From positions 96,001 to 160,000 of the forward strand of contig CAWJJC010000002.1 in NCBI GenBank assembly GCA_963843145.1: a stretch of DNA of 64,000 nucleotides, written 5' to 3'. The stretch is from an uncultured delta proteobacterium (GTDB taxonomy: Bacteria; Desulfobacterota; RBG-13-43-22). Both the position numbers and the translations under genes were made by a program. Positions within the stretch are counted from its first letter, which is position 1; the number at the start of each line of letters is the position of its first letter. Positions 50,151 to 60,211 of the stretch are shown here, piece by piece. The notes beneath the pieces are model-generated. The model did not search any database and had not been told where the DNA came from. It saw nothing but the letters and a program-made list of their open reading frames with translations.

Positions 50151-51722
50151 TTAGAGGGGAATATTCCCATGTCGCCGAAAGGGGACCGGTCTTTTCTTGT
50201 TTCGCAGCATACGCAGGGCCTTGATTAACTGAGGACGGGTTTCGCTCGGTTTGATGACCTGGTCTACCAGCATGTTGGAAGCCGCATGAAAGGGATTTGA
50301 AAACTTGTAGTCGTATTGATCGATCTTTTCCTGCCGGAAAGCCGGGGCATCGTCGGCCTTGGCGATCTCCTGGCGGAAGATCAGGTCCACCGCCGTGGCC
50401 GTATCCAGCACCACCAGTTGGGCAATGGGCCAGGCCAGCATGAGATCCACTCCCATGCCGACGCAGCACATGGCCATGACGGCGCCGCCGTACTCTTTTC
50501 TCAGGGCCAGGGTGATTTTGGGGACCGTGGCTTCGGCATAGGCATAGAGCATCTTGGCCCCGTGGCGGATGATGCCCGAGTGTTCCTGCTTAACCCCGGG
50601 GAGGTAGCCGGGAACATCCACAAAATTGAGGAGAGGAATATTGAAGGAATCGCAGAAGCGAATAAAACGGGCCGCCTTGTCGGCCGAGTCCGAGTCCAGG
50701 CTTCCGGCCCAGATCTTGGGCTGGTTGGCCACGATGCCTACCGTCCGACCTTCCATTCGTCCGAAGCCGACGATAATATTCTTGGCGAATTTGGGAAGGA
50801 TCTCAAAGAAATCGTTGTGGTCCACTATCCGGAGAACCACCTCCCGCATGTCGTAGGCCTTTCGAAAGTCGGCCGGGACGATTTGTTCCAGGGTCTCATC
50901 GGTTCTTTCCGGGTCATCCGTGCATTCCCGCACCGGAGCTTCCGCTTCATGGCTGGATGGAAGGTAGCCCAGTAACTTTTTTATCAGTTGGAGGCAATCT
51001 TCATCGTTCTTGGCCACAAAATGGGCGGTACCGGTGACCTGGCTGTGCACCTTGGACCCCCCTAATTCCTCCATGGAGACTTCCTCACCGGTCACCGATT
51101 TGATCACCGCCGGCCCGGTGATGATCATGTGGCCGGTCTTCTCGACCATGATGATAAAGTCGGTGATGGCCGGGGAGTAGACGGCCACCCCGGCGCAGCT
51201 CCCCATGATGGCGGAGATCTGGGGAATAACTCCCGAGGCGGCGGTGTTGCGAAAGAACATGCCGGCCACGCTTTTGGAGGCAAAAAAACCTTCGTTCAAT
51301 CGACCCCCGCCGGAATCGTTCAAACCCACCAGGGGGGCTTTGACTTTCAGGGCCTCCTCCATGATGCGGCAGATCTTTTCGCCGTGGATGGCGCCCACCG
51401 ACCCGCCCAGGACCGTGGCGTCCTGGGCATAGGCAAAGGTCAGACGTCCGTCGACGTTTCCGTAACCGATGACCACGCCGTCGCCCGGGACTTTCTTTTC
51501 CTGCATGCCGAAATCGCGCGACTGGGTTTCCGCCAGACCGTTCATTTCCACGAAGGTTCCCGGGTCGAACAGGAGTTCCAATCGTTCGCGGGCCGTCAAT
51601 TTGCCCTGGGCGTGACGTTTTTCAATGGCCTTGGTCCCGCCGCCCAGGCGGGCTTTTTCCTGCAGCCGCTCCAGACGTTCCAATTCGCTCCGGTGTGATT
51701 TTTCCACGTGGTATCTCCTCAT
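50151..51722 (-). CDS. Acyl-CoA carboxylase/decarboxylase carboxyltransferase subunit
   Basis: GKLTARER, NDSGGGR, IVANQP, KAARFIRFCD.F, VDVPGYLPG, HGNIPL. Confidence 0.95.
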   Translation of the reverse strand: MRRYHVEKSHRSELERLERLQEKARLGGGTKAIEKRHAQGKLTARERLELLFDPGTFVEMNGLAETQSRDFGMQEKKVPGDGVVIGYGNVDGRLTFAYAQDATVLGGSVGAIHGEKICRIMEEALKVKAPLVGLNDSGGGRLNEGFFASKSVAGMFFRNTAASGVIPQISAIMGSCAGVAVYSPAITDFIIMVEKTGHMIITGPAVIKSVTGEEVSMEELGGSKVHSQVTGTAHFVAKNDEDCLQLIKKLLGYLPSSHEAEAPVRECTDDPERTDETLEQIVPADFRKAYDMREVVLRIVDHNDFFEILPKFAKNIIVGFGRMEGRTVGIVANQPKIWAGSLDSDSADKAARFIRFCDSFNIPLLNFVDVPGYLPGVKQEHSGIIRHGAKMLYAYAEATVPKITLALRKEYGGAVMAMCCVGMGVDLMLAWPIAQLVVLDTATAVDLIFRQEIAKADDAPAFRQEKIDQYDYKFSNPFHAASNMLVDQVIKPSETRPQLIKALRMLRNKKRPVPFRRHGNIPL

Positions 51723-51922
51723 TTTTACTTGAAATATGCTTCCGCAAGACCAAAGTATAGAGAAAGGGGAGAAGGGGAGTCAAGGGCAAAATGGGAGAGG
51801 GAGGCTGGAGGTAGTCCGTTTTTAGTCTAGACAGCCCTAGTTTATGCGATTGACATTCTCCCTCTATTTTTACTATGTTAGATCAGTAAACTATCCTCTG
51901 GAACAAATGAAAGGGCACGCTT

Positions 51923-53068
51923 ATGGATTTTGAATTTACGGAAGAGCAAAACGAATTTCGACGACAGATTGCCCGGTTTGTCGATGAACGGGTGATTCCG
52001 CGAGCGGAAGCCTATGACCAAAGCGGGGAATTCCCTCGGGACATCATGCTGGAATTAGGGGAATTGGGGTATCTGGGGATCAAATATCCGGAAGCCTATG
52101 GCGGCTCCGGCCTGGAGGAACCTCATGTGTATCATACCATATTCTGTGAAGAGCTGGCCCGGGGGTCACTGGGCATCGCGGCCGGCATCGCCATGCAAAC
52201 CTCCACCGCCACCTACGGGGTCAATAAATGGGGGACCGAAGAACTGAAACAGAAATACCTGGTCCCCGCCCTGCAGGGGAAAATGATCGCGGCCTTCGGT
52301 CTGACCGAACCCAACGCCGGTTCGGATGCGGCCGCGATCCGAACCAAAGCCGAACGCGACGGCGATCACTACATCCTCAATGGGACCAAGATATTCACTA
52401 CCAATGGAACGGTGGCCTCCTTCATAACCATTGCGGCCCGGACCACTCCGGGGAAAGGCTTTAAAGGAATCTCCCTTTTTTTGTTGGATACGAGCACTCC
52501 AGGGTTTTCCGTGGGCCGGAAATTGGAAAAATTCACTATTCATTGCTCCGATACCGCGGAACTGGTACTGGACAACGTTCGCATTCCGGCGGAGTGCCTG
52601 TTGGGCGAAGAGGATATGGGCTTGCTCAATATCAACCAATCCTTGGTGGACGATCGGGTCATGACCGCCGGCCTGTCTTTGGGTGTGGCCCGGGCCGCCT
52701 ACCAGGCGGCGCTCAAGTATGCTCAGGAACGGGAACAATTCGGGAAAACCATTGGTAGTTTTCAAGCCGTACGCTTTCGCCTGGTGGATATGCTGGCCCG
52801 TTTGAAGACGGCTGAATTGATTACCTACTATGCGGCCTGGAAGGCGGATCGAGGCGATAAAATTATCCAAGAGGCCGCCCTGGCCAAACTGGTAGCCTCG
52901 GAAGCGGCCAACTATATCTGCCGAAAGGCCCTCTCCGTCTTCGGGGGGTATGGGCTGATGATGGAATACCCGGCCCAGCGTTTTCTGCGGGATTCTTTTT
53001 TTCCGCTGGTAGGCGGAGGCACCTCCGATATCATGAAGGTGGTGATTTCGAAGGAAATGGGGCTATAA
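51923..53068 (+). CDS. Acyl-CoA dehydrogenase
   Basis: FGLTEPNAGSD, LNGTKIFTTNG, REQFGK.I..FQ, GGYG. Confidence 0.95.
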   Translation: MDFEFTEEQNEFRRQIARFVDERVIPRAEAYDQSGEFPRDIMLELGELGYLGIKYPEAYGGSGLEEPHVYHTIFCEELARGSLGIAAGIAMQTSTATYGVNKWGTEELKQKYLVPALQGKMIAAFGLTEPNAGSDAAAIRTKAERDGDHYILNGTKIFTTNGTVASFITIAARTTPGKGFKGISLFLLDTSTPGFSVGRKLEKFTIHCSDTAELVLDNVRIPAECLLGEEDMGLLNINQSLVDDRVMTAGLSLGVARAAYQAALKYAQEREQFGKTIGSFQAVRFRLVDMLARLKTAELITYYAAWKADRGDKIIQEAALAKLVASEAANYICRKALSVFGGYGLMMEYPAQRFLRDSFFPLVGGGTSDIMKVVISKEMGL

Positions 53069-53100
53069 TCCTCAAAGGAGGACGATCCATTAAAACGATT

Positions 53101-53805
53101 TTGACGGTTGCCCTGCTGGTCGGCCTTTTTCTATTGACTCCGGGGAGCGGTTTGTCCTCGCTCTGGGCTATGGGCGGTAAACCGCAGGCCCCTCCGGTTC
53201 CGGTTTCCAGGAAAAAGGAGGTCAGCGCGCCCGCACCCTCCGTTCCGGAAACCATGCTAGTCAGCCTTCCGGTGGGGAGCCCGATTCGCGTCCAGCTTAA
53301 TCAGACCCTCCGGGTCTCCCTCCTCCGGGTCGGATCCGCGTTCTCCGGCACGCTGAAGGAACCCCTGGCGGTGGGGGGGCAGGTGATCGTCCCCCGAGGA
53401 TCGTTTCTGGAGGGCTTCGTTTCCAGGGCGGTCCCGAAGAACCGCTTCTGGGGAGGAGGTTTATTGGAACTGAAACTAACTCGACTGGTACTGCCGGACC
53501 GAAAGGGTTATTTCATTAGTACGGAACCGTTCATCAAGGCCGGGAAATCCAGCCTCTTTCGAAACATCAGCCTGATCGCTGGAGGCGGGATTGTGGGGGT
53601 TGGACTGGGTTCCCTCCTGGGACAAACGGCCGGGACTCTGATCGGAATGGGGATCGGGGGCGGAACCGGAGGGATTTTAGCCTGGGTCACCGGCCAATCC
53701 GATATTACCTTGCCCGCCGAGTCGGAGGCGGTGTTTATCTTATCAATCCCCGTAGCCATGACGATCAAAACGCCAGTCCCCAGCCGGATCTTGGGACCGA
53801 AATAG
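53101..53805 (+). CDS. Hypothetical exported protein with glycine zipper
   Basis: Signal-like N-terminus, beta-rich core, Gly-rich hydrophobic C-terminus; start uncertain. Confidence 0.65.
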   Translation: MTVALLVGLFLLTPGSGLSSLWAMGGKPQAPPVPVSRKKEVSAPAPSVPETMLVSLPVGSPIRVQLNQTLRVSLLRVGSAFSGTLKEPLAVGGQVIVPRGSFLEGFVSRAVPKNRFWGGGLLELKLTRLVLPDRKGYFISTEPFIKAGKSSLFRNISLIAGGGIVGVGLGSLLGQTAGTLIGMGIGGGTGGILAWVTGQSDITLPAESEAVFILSIPVAMTIKTPVPSRILGPK

Positions 53806-53845
53806 CCGCAGAGCGGATCAGATGATACGGGTTTACCCAATAAAT

Positions 53846-53930
53846 CGTCATTCCCGCAGCGTTTTTGAGCGGGAATCCAGACTTTTCTCGGGGGGTACCG
53901 GATCCCCGATAAAAGTAGTCGGGGATGACG
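53846..53930. repeat. 85-bp palindromic REP/MITE-like element
   Basis: Ends CGTCATTCCCG / CGGGGATGACG with two internal hairpins. Confidence 0.75.
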
Positions 53931-53969
53931 ATAAATTGCCTTTCGGTAAGGGTGCAATCGGGAGTTTTT

Positions 53970-54510
53970 TTAGGCTACCACGTTATACTTCTTCTTTTTT
54001 TTCCAGAGGGTGACCCGGCTCAGGCCCAGTCGCCGGGCGGCCTCGGCTTTTTTCTCCTGGGACTGTTCCAGGGCCAGCAGGATTTTTTCCAGCTCTCCCG
54101 GGCCCCGTGGTCTTTCCCCCCTCGGCTTTTCTCCTTGGTATTTTCGGGGTCGTTCATGGATCATGTAGCCGGGCAGGTGTTTGCTGCGAATCCATTTTTC
54201 CTTGCAGACACCAAAGGCATACTCCAGCACGTTGATCAGTTCTCGGATATTCCCAGGCCAGTGATAATTCATCAAGTGGTCCATGGCCTCCGGGCTTAAC
54301 CCCTGTATATCTTTCAATCCCCGGAGGCGGATTTTAACCATGACCGATTCGGTCAAGCGGGGGATATCCTCTTTTCGCTCCCGAAGGGGCGGGATGCGGA
54401 TGGGGATGACGTTCAAGCGGTAAAACAAGTCTTCCCGAAAAGCCTCACGGTCGACCAGATCCTTTAAATCCCGGTTAGTGGCCGAGATAAGCCGAACGTC
54501 GGTTGCTATA
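53970..54510 (-). pseudogene. C-terminal fragment of a sigma54-dependent activator
   Basis: DVRLISATNRDL, FREDLFYRLNV, PPLRERKED, WPGNIREL, Fis HTH; no Walker A or GAFTGA upstream. Confidence 0.85.
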
Positions 54511-54582
54511 AATAATTACTTCCCTCGCAGTAACCCCCCTAAACCCCCGGACCGCTTTCTCAGGGTCCGGGGTCCCCCCGAA

Positions 54583-56598
54583 TTATCCCTGCTTATAGAG
54601 AACGCCGATGACCTCTTCGAGTCCCAGTCGGGTCAACCGCTCCCGGTCGGGTCTACCGGTCTCCCGATCCCAGCCCAGGGCCTGGTAAAAACCGTCGGTC
54701 AAGGCTTCCACCTCCAGGGTAATCCCCTTGGCCGGCCCCTGGGAAGCGGGCGGTTCGCCGAATAGTCGGGGGTGGGGTCGAAAATCCTTTTTGGGATTCA
54801 AACCTTCCCGGAGGTTAAAGGCCTGGCGGAGCTGTTCGATCCGCTCGCCGATGATCAGATACTCCTCCGGAGGATTTTCCCAGCCGGTGGCCGCGTTAAG
54901 CCACTCGCAAAGCGGAAAACTTCCTCCTATCTGGGTGCCGAACAGACAGGCCCCAGCCCCGTCGATGAGCATTTTGTAAAAACTATCCACGGCCTGAGCC
55001 TCCCCCTTGTTGTCGGTCCGATATTTTTGCCTGCGGGTGGTGAAAAAGGGGATTTTTTTCGCCCGGGGGAATTTTTTTTCCAAAAATTGCAGGTCCAGAT
55101 AGGTGTAGGAGGAAACGGTGTGGCGGCCCGGCGCCGGTTCGCAGGCATAGGCCATTCCAAACCCGGGGTCGAATTTGGGGTCATGCATGGGAGGTTCTAC
55201 CCCGCCGCAATGGACGGCAAATTGTTCCGAACCGCGCCCCAGCTTTTCCGCGGCCCTTTTTACTCCGTCGGCCAGGAGATCCCCCAGCCCCTCGCGCCGG
55301 ATGATTTTTTCGGTCAAGGCCAGAATAGCCGAGGCGTTGCCCCAGCGTAATTCCAGCCCTTCCGTGTCTTCCGGTTTCAGTATTCCCTTTTCATAACACT
55401 CGATGGCGAAAGCGACGGTTCCGCCGCAGGAGATGGAGTCCATTCCGGCCCGGTTCAGCAGGTCGTTGATTTTGAAAATGGTAAACAAGTCATCGTTGAG
55501 CAGCAGGCTCCCGAAGGCGCAGAGCGTTTCATATTCAATTTTATGCATTTCCGGGATAGGGAAAGGGCCTTCTTCGATTTTCATCAATCCGCCGCAATGA
55601 AGCGGACAGGAAAAACAGCCGTATTTTTTGGTTTCGTAACGGCGCACGGCTTCGGCCCCGATTTTCTGGGACCGGGAAAGAGGAAAATCGCGGGTTCCCA
55701 CTCCGCTCCAGTTTTTGATTGGGCTATCCCCGTTCTCGGCGCTCATGGCGGTCAGGGCCGTGGTGCCGAATTTTTTCAGCAGGAGACGCCAGAGGTCGGC
55801 CGGTTGGCGGGGATAGATCCGGCTGCGGCGGGTGATTTTCCCCATCGTTCCCAGAAGCCCGTCGGTCAAAAACCGTTCCAGCCACTTCTTGGCGGAAAGC
55901 TGTTTCTGGAAGTCCCGGCTGAGGCGGTTGATCCGGGGGCGGTCAAAGACCTCCACCCGCCGGGTCCCGGCGGCGACGACGGCCTTCAGCTTTTTGGAGC
56001 CCATGACCGCCCCCAGTCCGCTCCGGGCGGCTATCCTTCCCCGATCGGTTACGATTCCGGAAATGAGACTCACTCTTTCCCCGGCCGGCCCGATGCAGGC
56101 CACCTGAGCCCGGCTTCCGTGCCGCTCCTGCAAGCGAGTTTCCGTTTCGATAGCGTCCAGACCCCAGAGATTCGCGGCGTCTTTCAGCTCGGCGGTTTGG
56201 TCATCCAGATAAAGGTACTGGGGCTGTTCGCCGACACCGGTAAAAAAGAGGGCATCCAGGCCGCAGCGTTTCAACCAGGGTGAAAAATAGCCGCCGCAAT
56301 TGGCATCTCCCCAACCCCCGGAAAGAGGGGATTTCCCCACGACGGTGAACCGTCCGGTAAAAAGGCTCCCCGTGTCGGTCAACAGCCCGGTGGTGAATCC
56401 CAGGATATTTTCGGGACCCAGCGGATCACTCCCGGCCGGCATCCGGTCCCAGAGGACCTTGGCCCCCAGCCCTACCCCGCAAAGGAATTTTTGATAATGG
56501 GCATCCGCCAATTCCTCAACGGTTATTTTCCCGGCGGAGAGGTCCACCCAAAGTATCCGTCCCCAGTACCCTTTTTCCTTCGGCAAAATTTCGGGCAT
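54583..56598 (-). CDS. Aldehyde:ferredoxin oxidoreductase family protein
   Basis: IL.VDLS, KSPLSG, CIGPAGE, GLGAVMGSKKLKA, C..CP..C, EYET, GMDSIS. Confidence 0.95.
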   Translation of the reverse strand: MPEILPKEKGYWGRILWVDLSAGKITVEELADAHYQKFLCGVGLGAKVLWDRMPAGSDPLGPENILGFTTGLLTDTGSLFTGRFTVVGKSPLSGGWGDANCGGYFSPWLKRCGLDALFFTGVGEQPQYLYLDDQTAELKDAANLWGLDAIETETRLQERHGSRAQVACIGPAGERVSLISGIVTDRGRIAARSGLGAVMGSKKLKAVVAAGTRRVEVFDRPRINRLSRDFQKQLSAKKWLERFLTDGLLGTMGKITRRSRIYPRQPADLWRLLLKKFGTTALTAMSAENGDSPIKNWSGVGTRDFPLSRSQKIGAEAVRRYETKKYGCFSCPLHCGGLMKIEEGPFPIPEMHKIEYETLCAFGSLLLNDDLFTIFKINDLLNRAGMDSISCGGTVAFAIECYEKGILKPEDTEGLELRWGNASAILALTEKIIRREGLGDLLADGVKRAAEKLGRGSEQFAVHCGGVEPPMHDPKFDPGFGMAYACEPAPGRHTVSSYTYLDLQFLEKKFPRAKKIPFFTTRRQKYRTDNKGEAQAVDSFYKMLIDGAGACLFGTQIGGSFPLCEWLNAATGWENPPEEYLIIGERIEQLRQAFNLREGLNPKKDFRPHPRLFGEPPASQGPAKGITLEVEALTDGFYQALGWDRETGRPDRERLTRLGLEEVIGVLYKQG

Positions 56599-56667
56599 AA
56601 TATGCCTCCCCTATAGACCTTGAGTTAAACTGTTTCGAATTTCGATATTCGAATTTCGGATTTGAAG

Positions 56668-57168
56668 TTATACTACTCTTTTAAACTTACCCGGAATGGC
56701 CCCGCAAACCGGGCAGTTTTCAGGAGCGCGACTTTCACTGATATACCCGCAGACCTGGCAGACATAGTAATCTTCATCCGGGGCGGTGAGGTTTTCCAGT
56801 AAGGCTCTTTCCAGGAGGGCGGCCTGAAGCGGCTCCACTTCCCGGCTTTGGGAAAAGGCCATCCGGGCGCTTTTTAGCCCTTCCTCTTCCGCTTCCCGAA
56901 TCATGGGGGGATATTCCTGTTCATAGGCCCGCTGGTTACGGGTGAGAGCGGATTCCAGGTTTTCTCGACTGCCGCCGATTTTTCCCCGCAGCAAGAGCAG
57001 AAAGCGGTGGGCCTGAACGGACTCGGATTCGGCCAGTGCCCGGAAAAGGCGGGCCAGCGAGGGGTTGGCCTCGTGGTCGGCTTTCTGGGCAAAGGCCGTA
57101 TCGCGGGCCGAAGCTTGCGATTCGGCGGCCAAAGCCCAGGACAAATTCCTCTCTGTTTTTTCTGACAT
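56668..57168 (-). CDS. Rubrerythrin family protein
   Basis: T..NL..A.AAESQA, LFRALAESE..., C-terminal CQVCGY..CPVCG. Confidence 0.9.
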   Translation of the reverse strand: MSEKTERNLSWALAAESQASARDTAFAQKADHEANPSLARLFRALAESESVQAHRFLLLLRGKIGGSRENLESALTRNQRAYEQEYPPMIREAEEEGLKSARMAFSQSREVEPLQAALLERALLENLTAPDEDYYVCQVCGYISESRAPENCPVCGAIPGKFKRVV

Positions 57169-57289
57169 AAAAGCGCTCCCTATTTCCGCTGAGTATGGTA
57201 TACTGCAACGTATTATGCCCATGGGGTCGGGGCGCTGTCAAGCAAAGCCAAAGCGGCCCAAAGCCTTTCCGACTCCTTCGGCTTGGAGG

Positions 57290-58066
57290 ATGAAGAGGAT
57301 AAAAATGAGTAGCGGCAGGACGGTTTTTTGTTTTTTAATCGGATTCGTGATCCTGGCCTGCGGGTGGCTGGTCCCGGGAGACGGGCAGGCTTCACTGTGG
57401 AGAAACCTGTCTGCCGACGGCCGGACGAATACAATGCCGGTGCTCTGGGATCAGGTTTCCCGGAAAATCATCCCCCGCCTCGACCTGAAAAGGCTGGAAC
57501 GGGGGGAGGTGATCTCCGAAATTAAAATACTAGATTCCCAGACCGTGGCGGCCGAGAGTGTGGGACTGATCAAGGCCACTCCCGAGGCCTGTTTTAAGGT
57601 GGTTCGTTCCTATAATCGGTATACGCAGATCATGCCCTGCACAGTGGAAAACCGGGTGATTCGGGCTTTTAAGTTGGAGGGAGCCTATGCCGGGGCTGAA
57701 GCGGTTGACTTTTGGACCCGGGTGAGCGTTCTGGGGTTTGACACCCGGTATCTGCTCCGTATCGCCCATCTCTCCGACCTGCAAAACCGGCGGTTTCGCA
57801 GCTTCTGGACCCTGGTAGGTAACCCTTCCCAGGTGGCCGGGGTTTGCGATTCGGGAAAAACGCCCTGCGAGAATGATTTGGCCCTCAATCTGGGGTCACA
57901 CCAATTTGAGCCCTATCCTGGAAATCCGAACTATACCCTGCATACCTACACCTTAACCCTCGAAGGCAAAAACTGGCTCCAGCAGACGGCCATTCGGCTG
58001 GGTGGCCTAAAAACTATGGAAGAGGTCACTGAGGGTATCCGCAAGGCCCTGAAGGTCAAGGAGTAA
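57290..58066 (+). CDS. Exported SRPBCC/START-like hypothetical protein
   Basis: Signal peptide; I.ATPE.CF.VV..YNRY..IMP pattern. Confidence 0.55.
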   Translation: MKRIKMSSGRTVFCFLIGFVILACGWLVPGDGQASLWRNLSADGRTNTMPVLWDQVSRKIIPRLDLKRLERGEVISEIKILDSQTVAAESVGLIKATPEACFKVVRSYNRYTQIMPCTVENRVIRAFKLEGAYAGAEAVDFWTRVSVLGFDTRYLLRIAHLSDLQNRRFRSFWTLVGNPSQVAGVCDSGKTPCENDLALNLGSHQFEPYPGNPNYTLHTYTLTLEGKNWLQQTAIRLGGLKTMEEVTEGIRKALKVKE

Positions 58067-58109
58067 AAAGAGGGGAAGAAGTCTCCCGCTCATCCTTTGG
58101 AGCAGGTCT

Positions 58110-58877
58110 TCACCGCAGAAAATCGTTCGCTGCGAGGGAGGGGCTTCCCTGCCAGCGTAAGAAGCACCGGGTTTCGTTCGGGGGTATAAAGGCCCGCACT
58201 TCCACCATCCGCGTAGCCGTATCAATGGAAACATAGCGCAGGGAATCCGGCGCACAGGCCCCCGAGTTCACGTAGACACCCTGGCCTATGGGGATACAGG
58301 CCATCTGATGGGAGTGCCCCATGACAATCACATCGTTTTTCCCGAGATGGAGGGCCTTGTTGGCGGCCATTTCCAGGGCTTTGAAAAACCGCTGGCCCCA
58401 GTCATAGAAGGGGCCCTCGAGAAAATCCGCCAGACGGCTGAAGCCCAAACGGCGCAGTCCGCCGATCATCCAGGTGACAAAAAAGGGCAGTCGTCCGTGA
58501 TCGCCGATAAAGGGGTCAAATTGATGCCCATGGGTCAACCAGATACGCCAATTATCCTGTTTTAAGCGAATCTGGTTTAACGTTCCCAAAAATTTTTGAG
58601 TGATCAGGTCGTGATTTCCAAAAATGGAAGAATAGTAACTTTCCCGCCAGCGACTGACAATCCGGGAATAGCGTTTCAGAATGGCTTCCAACACCTCGGA
58701 TCGGGAACCGGGATAGCTCCCGTAGTCCGTCTGATAGATATCCCCCATCAAAATAATCCGCTCATGGGTCCGGTGGAGATGATCATCCAAGCGTAGTAAA
58801 CGGCCTTCTTCCCCTAAAAATTTGTCCAAAAGCGGGGTATGACCCAGGTGAAGGTCCCCAAAAGTGGCAATGCGCAT
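58110..58877 (-). CDS. Calcineurin-like metallophosphoesterase
   Basis: GDLH, MGD, GNHD, THGH, MGHSH, NSG. Confidence 0.9.
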   Translation of the reverse strand: MRIATFGDLHLGHTPLLDKFLGEEGRLLRLDDHLHRTHERIILMGDIYQTDYGSYPGSRSEVLEAILKRYSRIVSRWRESYYSSIFGNHDLITQKFLGTLNQIRLKQDNWRIWLTHGHQFDPFIGDHGRLPFFVTWMIGGLRRLGFSRLADFLEGPFYDWGQRFFKALEMAANKALHLGKNDVIVMGHSHQMACIPIGQGVYVNSGACAPDSLRYVSIDTATRMVEVRAFIPPNETRCFLRWQGSPSLAANDFLR

Positions 58878-59000
58878 CAGTGGCCTTTCTGACCTTATTA
58901 TCGTTTCGAGGGCAAAAAGATTTTCAACATACCTTTTTTTTGCCGAAATGGGGACATTTTTTTGCCGGAAAACAAAATATTTTTCAGCTATCAGGTTTTG

Positions 59001-59171
59001 AATAAAAGTCTGTTTGTTAAGGAAATGGTGGAAATAGCCAAAACCAAGGGAGGGGGTTGGGTAAACTATAGTTGGACCAATCCGGCGACCAAGAAGGTGT
59101 AACCCAAAAAGACCTGGGTACAGCGGGTCGAAGGCATGGACATTTATGTCGGTTGCGGGATCTTCCAATAA
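59001..59171 (+). pseudogene. Remnant of a single Cache domain gene with an internal stop at 59100
   Basis: FVKEMVEIAKTKGGGWVNYSWTNPATKKV*PKKTWVQRVEGMDIYVGCGIF. Confidence 0.75.
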
Positions 59172-59693
59172 AAGTATTCGGAAGAGCCGCCGGAGTTATT
59201 CGGGGACGGCTTGATCCGTCTTAGTGGCAACTACCAGAGGGGCGACCGGTGTCGGTCGCCCCTCTTTTGTTATGATGGGATGGTCATTGGCTTACCGTTC
59301 AGTCTGATAAATCCATGGGCAGTCATCCAATCAATCATCGGTGGACCGAGTGGACTTGGTGGACGGAGTAAACGACTGCTTTTGTCCGCTCCACTCATTT
59401 ATAACTCCATCAGGTCCCGGCCGGCGATGATCCGGCCGCTGAAATGCTTCCGCGCCCCTTCGATCCAGATTTCATCCGTCAAGGTGGGATCGTCTACTGC
59501 CTGCTCCTTTCATTCGTTTAAGTATCAATCGCCGAGCCTTATCTGAGGCGGCCAATTGGTATCAATTCCGTCTTCGCTGAGGATAGCAAAAACAATTTTA
59601 TTTTGCTATGTTAACCCCATCGGTCCGACCCTCATTCACCATGGGGCAGAATCATATAATAATATCGGCTTAAAAAGTATACGGAAATCAATT

Positions 59694-60200
59694 ATGACCG
59701 GATTAATACACCTGGCGATCTGGGTTCTCTGTTTGACCGGAATTTTACTTTCCCTGTTTTCCCTTTCCGGGACCTGGCTGGTAGTCGGAGCCGCCATTCT
59801 GGCCTTTTTTCTACCCGGAGCGAATGCCCCGGGGATTTGGACGGTACTGTCCTTCCTGGTACTGGCCTTATTGATGGAGGTGTTGGAATGGGTGGCCGGC
59901 GCCTGGGGTGTCATTAAAAGGGGCGGCTCCAGGTTGGGTTCCCTGATGGCCCTGATCGGGGGGGTGCTGGGGTTCTTTTTGGGTTTTGCGATCCCGATTC
60001 CGCTGATCGGCAATTTTGTTGGCATGCTCCTGCTCAGTTTCCTGCTGGTTTTTTGGGTGGAACGGCAGCGCCTGGGTGATGACCGCCAGGCGGGTCATAT
60101 TGCCCTGGGGGCGGTGCTGGCTCAAGTCTATATGGTGCTGGTGAAAACCGGGGCCGCGCTGGGGATGAGTATTTGGCTTCTTTGGAACCTGTATTCTTAG
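59694..60200 (+). CDS. DUF456 family membrane protein
   Basis: Hydrophobic; GAWGVIKRGGSR, G..GG..G, IP.IG. Confidence 0.8.
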   Translation: MTGLIHLAIWVLCLTGILLSLFSLSGTWLVVGAAILAFFLPGANAPGIWTVLSFLVLALLMEVLEWVAGAWGVIKRGGSRLGSLMALIGGVLGFFLGFAIPIPLIGNFVGMLLLSFLLVFWVERQRLGDDRQAGHIALGAVLAQVYMVLVKTGAALGMSIWLLWNLYS

Positions 60201-60211
60201 ACAGGCAATTC

